A DNA stretch of 64,000 nt from Amphiscolops sp. MND2022 (lineage: Eukaryota), in the NCBI GenBank assembly GCA_964187785.1, contig OZ076417.1, positions 53,196,001-53,260,000 of the forward strand, read 5' to 3'. Made by a program: the position numbers and the translations under genes. Below the pieces are notes generated by a model. That model saw nothing but the letters and a program-made list of their open reading frames with translations, was not told the origin of the DNA and ran no database searches. This document shows, piece after piece, positions 50,104-62,169 of this stretch; within the stretch, counting starts at the first letter, position 1; every line of letters starts with the position of its first letter.

Positions 50104-51067
50104 GTTTCAAACCTCAGTGCTTGTTCTTCGACATCAAAAACATCTTCGACACTATCAGGGGCTATTGTTGACACATTCGGCACGCTCATTTGATCTCTGT
50201 CAAGCTTAGGGCACTTCGGAGAAGAAATGAAAAAACATAGATCCGGCGTTGACGAACAATTGGACTCTGAATCTTCGGTTTCAGTGTCATCAGCTGTTAC
50301 TGACACACAACTCCTGTATTCGTTTTTCTTCGGTTTTTTCTTCTTGACCTCCTTCCTTGTTACATTGAAATTCAATTTCCGATTCTGATACCTTACATCT
50401 GGACGGTCTTTTAGGACGATAAGGCGACAAAGAATCAAGAATCGTTCTTCCACGGAATCAAGGCTACCAGATAAAGCCCCATGTCTATCTGTGAAGTCGC
50501 ATTTGCACGACCTGTTATTCAGGTCAAAATAGTGAGGTCCGTAGTCGACAGTCAGAGCCTCGCCAGGTCTGCACGATCGAATGACAGTCAGTTTGACACA
50601 TTTCCTACCATTGTGTTCCGTTGCCAGAAACTGAACATAAGGAACACAAGAGTGATTAGCAAAGCGGACTGCACCAACCAGTACTCTTTTGGCTTTGCAG
50701 TATTCTGTTTCATCGATGATAGATATAGGGTTGATTGAAAGCTCTTTACTAGGTGGTATCCGCTCCATATATCCTCTACATTCATGCAAGATTTCACCTT
50801 TTGGGAGTGATGTTTCTTTCTATTCACAAGCTCATATCCATCATATTTATCGTGCTCGAACTGTATCTTACTTTTTTGAGCATCTTCATAACACGATCGG
50901 AGTAGACTATCGTACCATGCAAGTTTTTTATTTGATTGCAGTTCCTGTAAATACTGATCACGGGGAACAAGACTAACTAAGGTAGCACTTTTCCTTTCTC
51001 CACTTTCGACGAGATCTTGCACCACGAAAGCGTCCGACAAAGCAATCAGTTCGCAATTAGTGAGCAT
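50104..51067 (-). pseudogene. SET-domain protein of the Suv4-20/KMT5B (H4K20 methyltransferase) type directly upstream of the transposase; 1-bp frameshift near 50820
   Basis: GYELV..ETSLPKGEILHECRGY; LVGAVRFANHSCVP; GEALTVDYGPHYFDLNNRSCKC. N-terminal MLTNCELIALSDAFVV resembles the Suv4-20 pre-SET helix. Confidence 0.85.
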
Positions 51068-52169
51068 GGACACGTTCATCCAAGACTTCAAAATCTTCAA
51101 TAGAAACAAATTTAAAAAGGCACTAAGGAACAACAAACAGTGTTTTGAAGAAAAAAAACGCTCCAATGAGGCGGAAATTACTTTTACCGGGTTTCCCATG
51201 TAGCCAACGGGCCTACTTTGGGTCGCCAGGAAAAAGATTAGTGCTTTACATTTAACGCAAAAACTCTGAACGTTTCAAAATACGATTCAAACACCGGAAA
51301 GGCAATTGTACAGAATGAGCTTCAAATTACTCATCAGGTATTACAAGTATTTAACTTCAATCTCATTTGCTTTAAATACCCCTCGGTAGCCAACGGGCCT
51401 ATCGAAGGAAGCAAATAGTAAGATTCGAAACCCTCTGGTAGAAAGTCTGATCTCTGACATCAAGCGAAAAGACTCAAATACTCTCAATAGTCAAAGGACA
51501 ATACTAAAAAAAACTGAACGAAACTGAAAATGAGTTTTTCAAAGAAGAATTCTAGGATGAATGAACTCGTATAATTGCTTTTTTAATGAATGAATAGGAA
51601 ATCTGTTGTACAATAAGTTAGCACGCTGCATTATGGAAATTCCTTTCAATACCAGAGGTAAAACTGGTAAATTACTTCTTTGATTTCACGAAGTGACTTG
51701 TATCAAAAAATTTGGTAAAAAGACATCGCCGTCAATCAAAAAGCCATGAGAAAATCGGAAGTCTTTTGTGATCTTTATGTCATTGCCGAAAGAAAAAAAT
51801 TCAACCAACTACTATTTCTTGCTAGCATTCCCACAGAATGATCGCAAACTTTTCAAAATATAGCTATCAATTTCAAAAAAGGGTAGATTTTTTCTGTCAG
51901 GAAAAGTGAAAGTTCAAGAGGTTTTGTGTATACGCAGAAAAAATGCTGAGATACAAGTCAATATGGAATCAACAACATTGGGGAAGAAATGGCACTCATT
52001 TTTACAATCTTGTACTTACTGTCACAGCACAGTATTCGCAAACAATAGAGTAAAATTCTATTTTGCGCAGAACTTTTCAAGAAAAACAAACAATCAACTG
52101 CCTCCAAGTAGCCTGAAGTCAGGTCGAAAGTGGGTTTTTTCCTGGCGAAACAAAAAGATGAAAAAAGCA

Positions 52170-54530
52170 GGGTGGTTGAAGGTAAAGACCATATGGAAGT
52201 AATTACCAATTGCAGAAGCAAAACTTGTCAATGTTAAAATACGATAATAAAGAATTGGGAATTTAGCCCTCATTGGATACAAGGCAGACAACACGCCTGC
52301 CATAAATCAGAGTTATCTACGGGGCAGGGAAGATTAAAAGGTACGAAAAAGAAAAAACAATTCTGATCTTTCACGTGGTTCAAGCCCACTTTCCTGAGAT
52401 AAAAAAAGAAAAACGTACTTGATGGTACTTGATGACGTACTGAGAGGCAAACAGTCAAAACATAAAACTTTCCATTGGAAATAAAGTAGCACTTATGGTG
52501 TAAGGAAATGCCACATCGATGAAACTAGCGACTTATAAAAGTAAGACTTGCCACGCTTGAGAGACAGTGATTCTGAAACGAATCCAAAGTTCAAATTTCA
52601 AAAGAAATAGAGTAGCCACCGAACTGTTGAAGAGTTTGAATCATTGCAGAACTCCGGGGGACTAGGAACCACAGAGTTCAAGCTCAAAAAAGAAGCAAGT
52701 CGAAGCAAAAACTGATAACTAGCGCATATCGAAAACAAATACAGATGGATTTTTATCCGATGCAGACTTTACACTGGAATTTTCTTCTCATTTCTCGGCC
52801 ATATATTCTCGCCTAAACTCCAGGCCCATTTGATTGGCTCCTTTAATAGCGTCGGCCACGGCATAACTGGGAGCTCTGGGGTATTTCCGTCTCACAACCT
52901 CTGCAACAAAATAGCAAACATCGAAAAGGTATATCGGTTTTACAGTCAAGGAAGCATTTGGAATCAGAAAAAGTTGAAGCACTGAAAGAAACAAACCTTC
53001 GAACTTGTTCCGCAGAGTCACGTCACATGGAGAACGTTGAAGACCCGGTTTTCCGATTATTTCATTCATCAATTTGCAATCTTGGTGACTACCAAATAGT
53101 TTGCGCGCGAGCACTCGACCAAACTTGCTGGGCTCAGGTCCAGCAACCAATTCCAACAAAATTTCACCGTCGTGAACAATAGAGTTACCGGGTGAAGAAT
53201 TGTCAGACTTACATGAATCCGAAGAGCCGCGCACAATCATGTTAATAACATTCAAAAACTCCTCAGTATTTGCTTTGTTTTCTATTGCCAGAGCATCGGT
53301 ATTGGTTTTACTTTCGGAAATCATTCCGTCAACAGTCTCCTGTAAGCGTGTAGCCATTTGAGAGAACTGCTGCTGATTCTGAAAAGAAAACCCAAGATAA
53401 GTGATAATGAGAAAATTTAATCAAACGAAAAAAATCAAAAATCAAACCATTGGTGCGTTTTTTGATTTTCGTTTGCATCCTTCTGTAACAGGAGAATACT
53501 CATCCAAGAAACGAACTACGGGAGATTCTTCAAACTCTTCGAAGCTTCGATTCATTACGTTTACTAGAATATCAGGCAGGAATCATCACATGAAGCTCAA
53601 TTGGGAAGTTTGGCTTAGACGTCTCGGCCTTCAAACTCCTGAAGACTCTGCACTCGTAAATCCAAGATGAAAATCATCCAGTTGACAGCCAACGGGCCTG
53701 TCAAAACAAATAAACATTAAAAATTCGAAGATGGAAATTGTTTTCATTTTTGTTTTTAAAATCTCAAACATTGATTGGTTCGCTAAACTTTGTGAAAGAT
53801 TGAATCGAAAAACTTCAATTGAGCAAAAGTTAAGGAAATCAATTTAACAATAGGAAAGTCTTGCAATCATAACAAAAAGTGAATGAGGCTGGGGAGAGCC
53901 AATAACTCGAACACAAAAATTAAACAGAACAATGAAAAAGCAGCGTTACAATATGAAAGTGGTTATCAGTTGCAGAAGCGCGACTATCTAGGTAAAACTA
54001 CAAAAACAATAAAATGGGATTTTAGCTCTTAATGGATGCAAGGCAGCCAACAGGTCTGCCATAGTTCAAAATATTCTACGGGACAAGGAGATTAGAAGAT
54101 ACAAAAAAAAACAAATCTGATCTTTCACATTGTTCAAGTTCACTTTTCTGAGATACAAAAACCGAACGTGATGACTAGCGCTGAGAAAGGAAAAGTGTCA
54201 AAACAACATAAAAACTTGCCAAGTGAATGAAAGAAGCATCTATGTTGTAATGAAATGTCATAATGATACGTGATAAAACCAGCTACTTATAGCACAAGAA
54301 AGGTTTGCCACGCTTCAAAGACATTTTCAAAACGATTCCAAAATTCAATTCTGAAATGAAATAGAGTAGTCACTGAACCTTTAAAGAATTCCATTTCATG
54401 CACTTTTCTGACTGACCAGGAAGCATAAACTAAACACAAGGAAGGATCCTATTGAAACTGACAGTGTTCAAGCTCGGAAATGAAGCAAGTCAAATCAAAA
54501 ACTGTAATAACTAGCGCAGCGCGAAAAATG
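52170..54530. repeat. Diverged ~570-bp duplicated blocks (52170-52740 and 53940-54530), each lying 3' of a BEN-like gene
   Basis: Collinear shared motifs (TTGCAGAAGC, CTGATCTTTCAC, TTGCCACGCTT, AAATAGAGTAG, GTTCAAGCTC, ATAACTAGCGCA). Confidence 0.8.
52788..53380 (-). CDS. BEN-like domain protein 1 (3' exons; 96-nt intron 52996-52901; upstream exon 53420-53698 contains stops)
   Basis: HDGEILLEL...PSKFGRVLARKLFG...RSPCD...KFE|EVVRRKYP..AIKGANQ. Confidence 0.65.
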
Positions 54531-54808
54531 TTAGCTTTAGAGGGACTTACAAGTAGATCTAAAAAAGCAAAAAGCACCGCAGTTGAGGAAATTGATAGCG
54601 CATTGGATTGTGTAATTTCGGTATTGAGAAACTGCAGCAGCCCAAAATCTGGAACTTTGCATGTACTTTCACTTTATTTGGGTCAAACGGTTCAACAAAA
54701 CGCGCACAAGATACACATTCAAATGATGATTCAGGAACTTGAAGTTTTTTTGCTTCGCATGGTCTGACCTCTACTAGCTTTTGTAAAATGGTCAAAAATC
54801 AGGAACGT

Positions 54809-57244
54809 TTAAGGTGGAGCTGTATTTTCCTTCTCAGCAACTTTTTCAATCAAGGAGGGATATTTTCCTCGGACTTCTGCACCGTACTGATTCGCTCCTT
54901 TAATTGCCATAGCCACAGCTGTTTTTTTACACTCCGGAAAGTTTCGTTCAACCACGTCTAAACAATACCAAAAATCAGCTGCCTCGGAAAACAGCAATGT
55001 TCTTAGGATTATTAATGCAGTTATCGACATTACTGGCAAACAATTTTGCTAATGTTTTAGAAATAACTACCGAAACATTCTCATCGATGGAAAACATTGT
55101 GAAGAATAGTTTTTCACAACCAAAATATTTGAGGTTTTCTCAAAAGTTATTTAAACGCATTTTTCTCAAAACTTCACACAAACAGTTCTAGAAACAATAA
55201 CCTGTGAATTTTTTCTCGAGCTCAGAACAACAACGCTTTCTTGAGTTTTTTCTATTGATTCGAGCACCAAGTCGTTGATTAATCAAAATGCATTTGTCTT
55301 CAGTTCCGAATACATTAGCAGCTAACAATCGGCCGAAAGAGCTCGGTCCGTCGGTGGGTTGCAAATCCAGCAAATTCATTCCATTATGCAAGATTGGCTC
55401 CCCTTTGTTGAAGATCGCAGTTTTGAAGGAAGTAGTGGGTTCATCAGATCGTTTGAGAAGTTCAACTAATTCTTTTTTCATGTTGTGGTTTTGTTTCACT
55501 AGCGCTCCGATCGTCTTTTCTGTATGTTTTAAAACATTGCTCAGACCTTCCGTGAAAATACTTGTTACCTCCTGCAGTTTCTGGTCACATCCACTACACT
55601 CACACGCCTATCAAACAAAAATCTAAAGAAACGATACATTTAATCGCGTTCCTGATAGAAGCAAAACGAAGTGCCTGTGAACATTTGGTTGCCAACGGGC
55701 CAACCTGGTAGCACTTTGTGTGATGCTATTTGAAAAAATCTCGAAGGAAAAAGAACAAGCTGGGATCGGCCCAAGTCGGCGCCATATCTAAGCTCAAAAA
55801 CAGCAAAAGGACTTCAAAGTGTCAAAGTATTCTCTTCTACGGTACCGGAAAAACCCAAAAATTGAACCGAATTGGCACACCAGAAGGACACTTTGAGAAT
55901 TTTCATCCATTCTGTCGCAAATCATCAAACCAAATTGAAGGAGAGGCACTTTTGGTGAAAAAAATTAGAAAAAGTCTCACAATGCCGAAAAAACTGAAAG
56001 GGGGGACCCTTTGGGATTTTTCGACATCCTCTCTGTCGGAAAACTCCACAAAAAATTGAAGGGGGGACACTTTGGGGAAAATTCTTTTTTCGAAAAAAAG
56101 TCTCACAGGGCTGAAAAAAATTGAAAGGGGGGACCCTTTGGTCTCTTTGAGTTTCTTAGATGATGTAAATATCTACTTCACAAACTTTCTTTAAATTTGC
56201 TAAGTAAGAATTTTAAGATTGTATTTGGTGGCCCGATCAGTGTGAGGAGTGTAGTCTGAAGAAAAAAGTCACTGCTATAGTCGGGCATTTTTCCTTGAAA
56301 GGATAAAGCGCCGACTAAAAACACCATAGGAAACAACATTTTAATCAAAACATCACTTACTGTCGTTTCAGGAAACACTGGGGTAGCTGAACTCGAAATG
56401 CGATACAAAGGGGTTGATCCTAAAGCTATTCGTGGCTTCTTGGCAGGAGTAGGATCCCGATCTGCCTCAGTATGCGGTCCATTCCTGGCTTCATTAGTTT
56501 TTGAGCGTTTTACACAGCTATTCACGCTTTCGGAATCCGACTCAGGTACATCAGAATAGGAGTTCACATCAAATTGCATCCTAAAACGTTTTCAAACTCC
56601 GGAAGTTATCTTGAAACAAACATGCCTTTTTGAATAGTTACAAAACAAAAACAGGAAAGCTCCAAACCTTTGCCTCTGTACCAAATGGACCACATTGAAT
56701 AAAACAGGTAAACAAGACGATAGAGGTTCGAGAAAGCACTTTCGAACGTATTTGTATCACACGCAAAAGTGGACTCAGTGAAAATGGTATTTAAATAGGA
56801 TATTAATGTTTTTCTCCATCAGGGCTGCATGAGAGTGGGCCAATCAAGAAAACTTAAATCATCTAGTCACTCCAAACCAAATATGCTAAAGACAACTTAC
56901 TCATTCAAACTGACGTCAGTCATACTGGTCTCAGCTTCTTGAACTTTCTGGTGAACCTGCTGCGCCTTGAGATTCGTTTTTTCTGCGTCACAGATACATA
57001 CTAGTGACATCATGTAATTACCAGTCGATGTCTTGACACATATTTTCTCAGATTTTTTCATTGCCATTTTACCTTCCAACGTCCAATTGGAAGGCCAGAG
57101 TGTACTATTGTGCTCCATAACGAACGGGACATCATCGCCTTTGGTATAAAACAACCAGCGTTTCAAACTTGCGGCTTTTAGGAGATCAGCATCCTCCTGG
57201 ATCTGACTGCTGCGACCTCTATTTATTCGACTTGGCAACACCAT
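54809..57244 (-). CDS. BEN-like domain protein 2, four exons, 372 aa, intact; exons 57244-56901, 56580-56361, 55607-55202, 54957-54809
   Basis: All GT-AG joins are in frame (1,119 nt). HNGMNLLDL...PSSFGRLLAANVFG...KFT|DVVERNFP..AIKGANQ. Last intron matches paralog 1 in position and phase. Confidence 0.75.
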
Positions 57245-57506
57245 ATTTTTCCTCAAAAATTGATCACGAGGACAAACAATCAGACTGTCAGTTTTCTGAC
57301 TGCAATGGATGATGCACCGAGAATACGTCGAACAAAATTTCCGAAAGTGACGATGAACAAGCCGAGAACGGCCAAAGTCGGCGCTTTATCCAAGGCTCAA
57401 AAAGATAAGCTGGTAGCAAAAATTCAAAAAAATTGAAGGGAGGACCCTTTGGTGACTTGAAAATTTTCCAAAAAATCAAATAAGACTCAAAAATAGCAAA
57501 AGGACT

Positions 57507-58378
57507 TCGAAAACGTTATATCCTAACTTTAAAAACGTTACATCCGAACTTTGAAAACGTTACATCCGAACATTTAACGTTATATCCGAACTTTGAAAAC
57601 GTTATATGCGAACTTTGAAAACGTTATATCCGAACTTTGAAAACGTTATATCCGAACAATGAAAACGTTATATCCGAACTTTGAAAACGTTATGTCCGAA
57701 CTTTGAAAACGTTTTATCCGAACTTTGAAAACGTTATATCCGAACTTTGAAAAAGTTATATCCGAACTACGAAAACGTTACATCCGAACTTTGAAAACGT
57801 TATATCCTAACTTTGAAAACGTTATATCCGAACTTTGAAAACGTTATATCCGAACTTTGAAAACGTTATATCCGAACTTTGAAAACGTTATATCCGAACT
57901 TTGGAAACGTTACATCCGAACACTAAACGTTACACCTGAACTTTGAAAACGTTACATCCGAACTTTGAAAACGTTATATCCGAACAATGAAAACGTTATA
58001 TCCGAACTTTGAAAACGTTATGTCCGAACTTTGAAAACGTTTTATCCGAACTTTGAAAACGTTATATCCGAACTTTGAAAACGTTATATCCGAACTACGA
58101 AAACGTTACATCCGAACTTTAAAAACGTTACATCCGAATTTCGAAACGTTATATTCGTACATTGAAAACGTTACATCCGAACTTCGAAAACGTTACATCC
58201 GAACATTTAACGTTATATCCGAACTTTGAAAACGTTATATGCGAACTTTGAAAACGTTATATCCGAACTTTGAAAACGTTATATCCGAACTTTGAAAACG
58301 TTACATCCGAACTTCCAAACGTTATATTCGAACATTGAAAACTTTGAAAACGTTACATTCGAACTTTGAAAATGTTTT
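57507..58378. repeat. 22-bp minisatellite (GAAAACGTTATATCCGAACTTT), roughly 40 copies, with higher-order duplication
   Basis: Period 22; the variant series recurs at ~328-bp spacing (GAACAAT at 57654 and 57982). Confidence 0.97.
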
Positions 58379-58549
58379 CAGAAAGAAGAGTGGAACTTTC
58401 GTGTCTTAAAAAAACTACCCACTGTAAAAGTCGGGCACATTTTCTACTAAAATGCGCCGACTAAAAAGGATATCTTTAGCAACCGCACAAACTCTCCCAA
58501 CGAGGTAAAAGATGTCCTCGATCGGAGTTTCGATGCAGGCACTCGAGCT

Positions 58550-58703
58550 TGAAGCGATCAAACTTTTTTTGAGCAAAAACACTGAATCAAATAGACTTTT
58601 GCTTGTTTCGTGAACTTGAACGTAACTTACGTTCAAGTTCAAGAAACAAGAGAAAGTCAATTTGATTCAGTGTTTTTGCTCGAAAAAAAAATTGATTGCT
58701 TCA
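58550..58703. repeat. ~154-bp imperfect palindrome (~76-bp arms, 1-nt loop)
   Basis: TGAAGCGATCAA...GAACGTAA-C-TTACGTTC...TTGATTGCTTCA; about 8 mismatches. Confidence 0.93.
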
Positions 58704-59483
58704 CATTTTCAGTTTCAGTTGACTGAAGTGCCCCGATGTCAGCCAATTTGCCTAAGACAGGTATGAACTTGCAAGGAGTGGCTCAAGTCGGCGCCATGCT
58801 CAAGAAAAAAGTATACGATGATTGAAGATTCTAAAATTGGGTTTTTGAAAAACAACACTGCACAAAAAAGCGAAGTCTGATAATAGTAAAACGCTACAAA
58901 TTTCAATTTTGATGAAAGTAGGGCAGCCAACGGGCCTACCATGAAACCAGATTTATGAAAAATACAGGACAATAGGGAAGGAAGAACACAAGGAGGAAGT
59001 TATCCCTCTAATCATTCACAAAGTCAAGCCAGATAACTGGGGAAGTTGAAACAGAAAACCTCGGATGAACATTTTTTTCTGAAAACCTGAAAACAAAACC
59101 GCTAGGAGCGGAGAGGACTTCGCAAAAATCACGACAAAGGCTTTTCGGCTCGCGCTTGTATACTAGCTCGGTTTGAAGTTAGCCTCGGGTAAAGTTAAAC
59201 TAAAAGTGACCATTTTGTGATGTCCCCCAAAATTTGTAAAATTAATCGAAAAGAAAAATTTTCAAACATTTCACTGACTTGGTGCCCTCATCTTGCTCCA
59301 AATAATCCACACTGCACCTAGTGCAGCGAGTTTCATTTTTGAACAAAAACTTTCGAAAAGATTTCAACATTTCAAAATGTGCGGAAACTTTGGCGTTAAA
59401 AAATCACAACTGTGATCTCGAATTGAAAACTTTGCGAAGTCCTAAGATTTGCTTGAAAAAGTTAGGTTTCAATGCAATTACCA

Positions 59484-60048
59484 CTAGGTTATCTGAGTGA
59501 GGACTTCGTTCAAAATTTCCACATAACAATTCTTGGTCAGGTGCGTAGCATTAGCAAATTCAAGTTCTAAGTTGGACTCAACAAAGCAGCTCCTGAAACG
59601 TTTTTTCAAACGGAAGTTCGCATTTTCAATTTCGAGTTGATATTTTGGCCTGGTGATTATTTGCATTATTTTATTAAGTTTCTTGGCCCAGACCATCAGC
59701 GAAACTTTTGAATGACTTGGAAAGGTGCGCAGGGAAATCAGGAACAACATTCGATTTCTTTGGGTGAAATGAAACATCATTGCCTCCACATTGGACTATG
59801 ACAATATCAAATTTTCGGAGTCTTTCGAGATATGTAGCAGTGTCCCGCATGCATAGACCTGACTTTGAGATGAAATCTATTTTTCTCGAACAGCTTGCAT
59901 CTTCAAATGCTTTTTGCATGCGAGAAACATGGCTATCTCCGAAGAAACACAGAGACAGCTCTTTAGCACGATCCCTCGAATTATAGTTTGCAGACAAAAG
60001 AGCATCATATGAATCAACCAGCCGTTCAGAATCGTAGCATGAAAACAT
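59484..60048 (-). pseudogene. SGNH/GDSL hydrolase-family protein with one frameshift near 59685
   Basis: Blocks FFGDSHV, SKSG, QCGGNDV. After the shift: WAKKLNKIMQIITRPKY...FANATHLTKNCY (block V-like). Confidence 0.75.
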
Positions 60049-60242
60049 TTCGTAGCATGAATTCAGTTGGTTAGTGACGGGAACATTGCCTTGAAACTGA
60101 ATGCAAAAACAGTAAAGTGAACACAGAGGCGAAGCGGTGCTTCGCAACACATGACGAAGACGTGGATTATTTTAAAGATAGCTCTACGTTGTTTATTCAA
60201 TCGCATGCGTATATATTCAACAGTTCAACTTTGTTCAATAAC

Positions 60243-60315
60243 GTCCCTATGGCACAGTGGTCAACACTTACGCCGTGTAATCGGGAGGCTGCAGGTTCGA
60301 ATCTCACTGGGGTTT
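60243..60315 (+). ncRNA. Pseudo-tRNA or SINE head, Thr(TGT)-like
   Basis: A box TGGCACAGTGG, B box GGTTCGAATCT, TGT in the loop; acceptor and anticodon stems mismatched. Confidence 0.55.
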
Positions 60316-61258
60316 TGGCTTTTCTCTAAAAAGCGATCTTTATTAAGTTGACGATTGTGGAAAAAAAAACTTTCTTAGCTGGACTGCAATGCACATTGAC
60401 TTCGTCATGTGCAAAATTGAAGATTAGTAGTTGTTGTACTTTTGGTATTATTAAAAAATCTACTCAAGTAACATCATTTCCAATGCCTTTTAATAGAGTG
60501 AGCAAAAGTACACAATTTTAAAAAAAGATCACCCAAAAGAAGGAGTCCGCGTTCAAATTTTCTTAATATTAGACACTTACAGACAAGGAAAAATGTTAGT
60601 CCATCGTTTAGAAGCTAACAGTACATACATTATATTCTAAAAGTGAAAATAATCTTTCAGCTGTCATGAGGTGCAATTATCCTAATCAATGTCTCTGTCA
60701 AAAACCTCAAACCGGAAAACGTGAAAAAAGCGAAATATTCCTCCTATTAATGTCAAATGTTATACACTAAACATTGTTAGTGGTGAAAAAAGTGTCGAAA
60801 TTTCGCTAATGAAAGCTCTAACGTGGAATTTTAGCAAGTAAAGTCGACGCCGAAGGCGGCTGTTCTTCGGAAAAAGTTTTATGTGTTTATCTAACTCACA
60901 GATCTTGATTTGTGCTTTTAGAAACTCAAAAACGACTTGAGCAGCAATGATTGTTAAACAATTTTTAAAACGTACGAGGAGAAAAAAGCCTTTTGCGATT
61001 TCCATAATATGAAATGAGTTAAATTTGTAGAATTGTCAGCTAAAATAAGCACCCTCTTTTCAGTTGTCTTTAAACTCTCTACAATATTAGCACTGTCGGT
61101 GGCTTAGAGCACCATTCAAAAACATCGACAGAAGTGTCAGACTGTTTGATAAGTTGAACATTTGCATGAATGTTGCTGTTGAATTGAAAGGTAGATACAA
61201 CAACATATACAAGAACATTGAAGAATTGTTCATTAGTATCATTGTGGATAGAAGATAC

Positions 61259-61978
61259 CTGCTGAGCGAGTTTGTCTCGTTCTTTCTCTAGATGATAAGC
61301 CACGTCATCTCCCACGGCTTGATCTTGAGCATGTTTCTTCTTCTCTTCTTCTAGGTCTGCTAGAGCCTAAATCACAACAGCAGCGCTATTCACGATACAA
61401 CCATCTATCAAGACACAACCACCCATCTATATACAACATACCACTACTCCTTGTTACTTACAACAACACAAGTTATAAAACATTACAACCCAACAAAATA
61501 AAAGTTTAAAATAAAAGATCTTTGTTTTGATTTTGTCTTTTTGTCCTAGTATTTCAATCAAATTTCCTCAAAAAAAATAATTCATTGGTGTACCTGCAAT
61601 TAACTTTTGAAAGCCCCTGATAACGTGGAATATGATTTTGAATCTAACTTGAGGGCCATATCTGGCGGTATGATGACTTCTTTCCAGATACTGTCGCGTT
61701 TCGTGTCCCAGAGCATAAGGTAAAATCATCCGCTCATTGCACATCATATCTGTGACGCATTTTTGGAGCTGACTAATTCTAGTGTAGGGACCACCTAACC
61801 CCCTTTTTCGTTTCTGCAGTTTTTCATCCATTACTCTGTACCCTTTGTAAGGATTCACTTTTCCAGAAGCGTCTTCTCTCAAAGCAGGGGGTACATAACC
61901 AGGTCTCTTAGCGGTATATGGGGTGTACTTCCAGCGTGGGAGGGGTTATCGGTGTCGCTTCAGAGAAATTGGTGCCAT
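61259..61978 (-). pseudogene. MRPL17: Mitochondrial ribosomal protein L17-like gene; exon 61978-61649 has an in-frame TAA at codon 11; probable next exon 61366-61259
   Basis: RKRGLGGPYTRISQLQKCVTDMMCNERMILPYALGHETRQYLER aligns by eye with bL17m [43 protein letters not shown]. Confidence 0.7.
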
Positions 61979-62169
61979 CTCAACAAATTTAAACAAAGGC
62001 ACTCAGTCTGAAGAAAAGGAGCTTCATTAACAAATGAAAGACATAAAATAGAAATTTGATGAACATTCTAGATGAGAAAACTAAAAATCAGTTCAAATCA
62101 ATTATTAGATGTAGGTTCAAAAAGAATTACTCAATGAATTAGAAATTTTCGGGATTCAACAAAAGTCTA

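Noticed and set aside
57507-58378. CRISPR-like array (also considered for 29335-29627)
   Set aside because: Units are contiguous with no unique spacers, no cas genes are present, and the context is eukaryotic.
44800-60400. Terminal inverted repeats and TSD of the large CMC element
   Set aside because: Candidates (CACTGTAAAA at ~58420, CCGCAGTGAAATC at ~44850) had no convincing inverted partner or TSD; element limits remain undefined.
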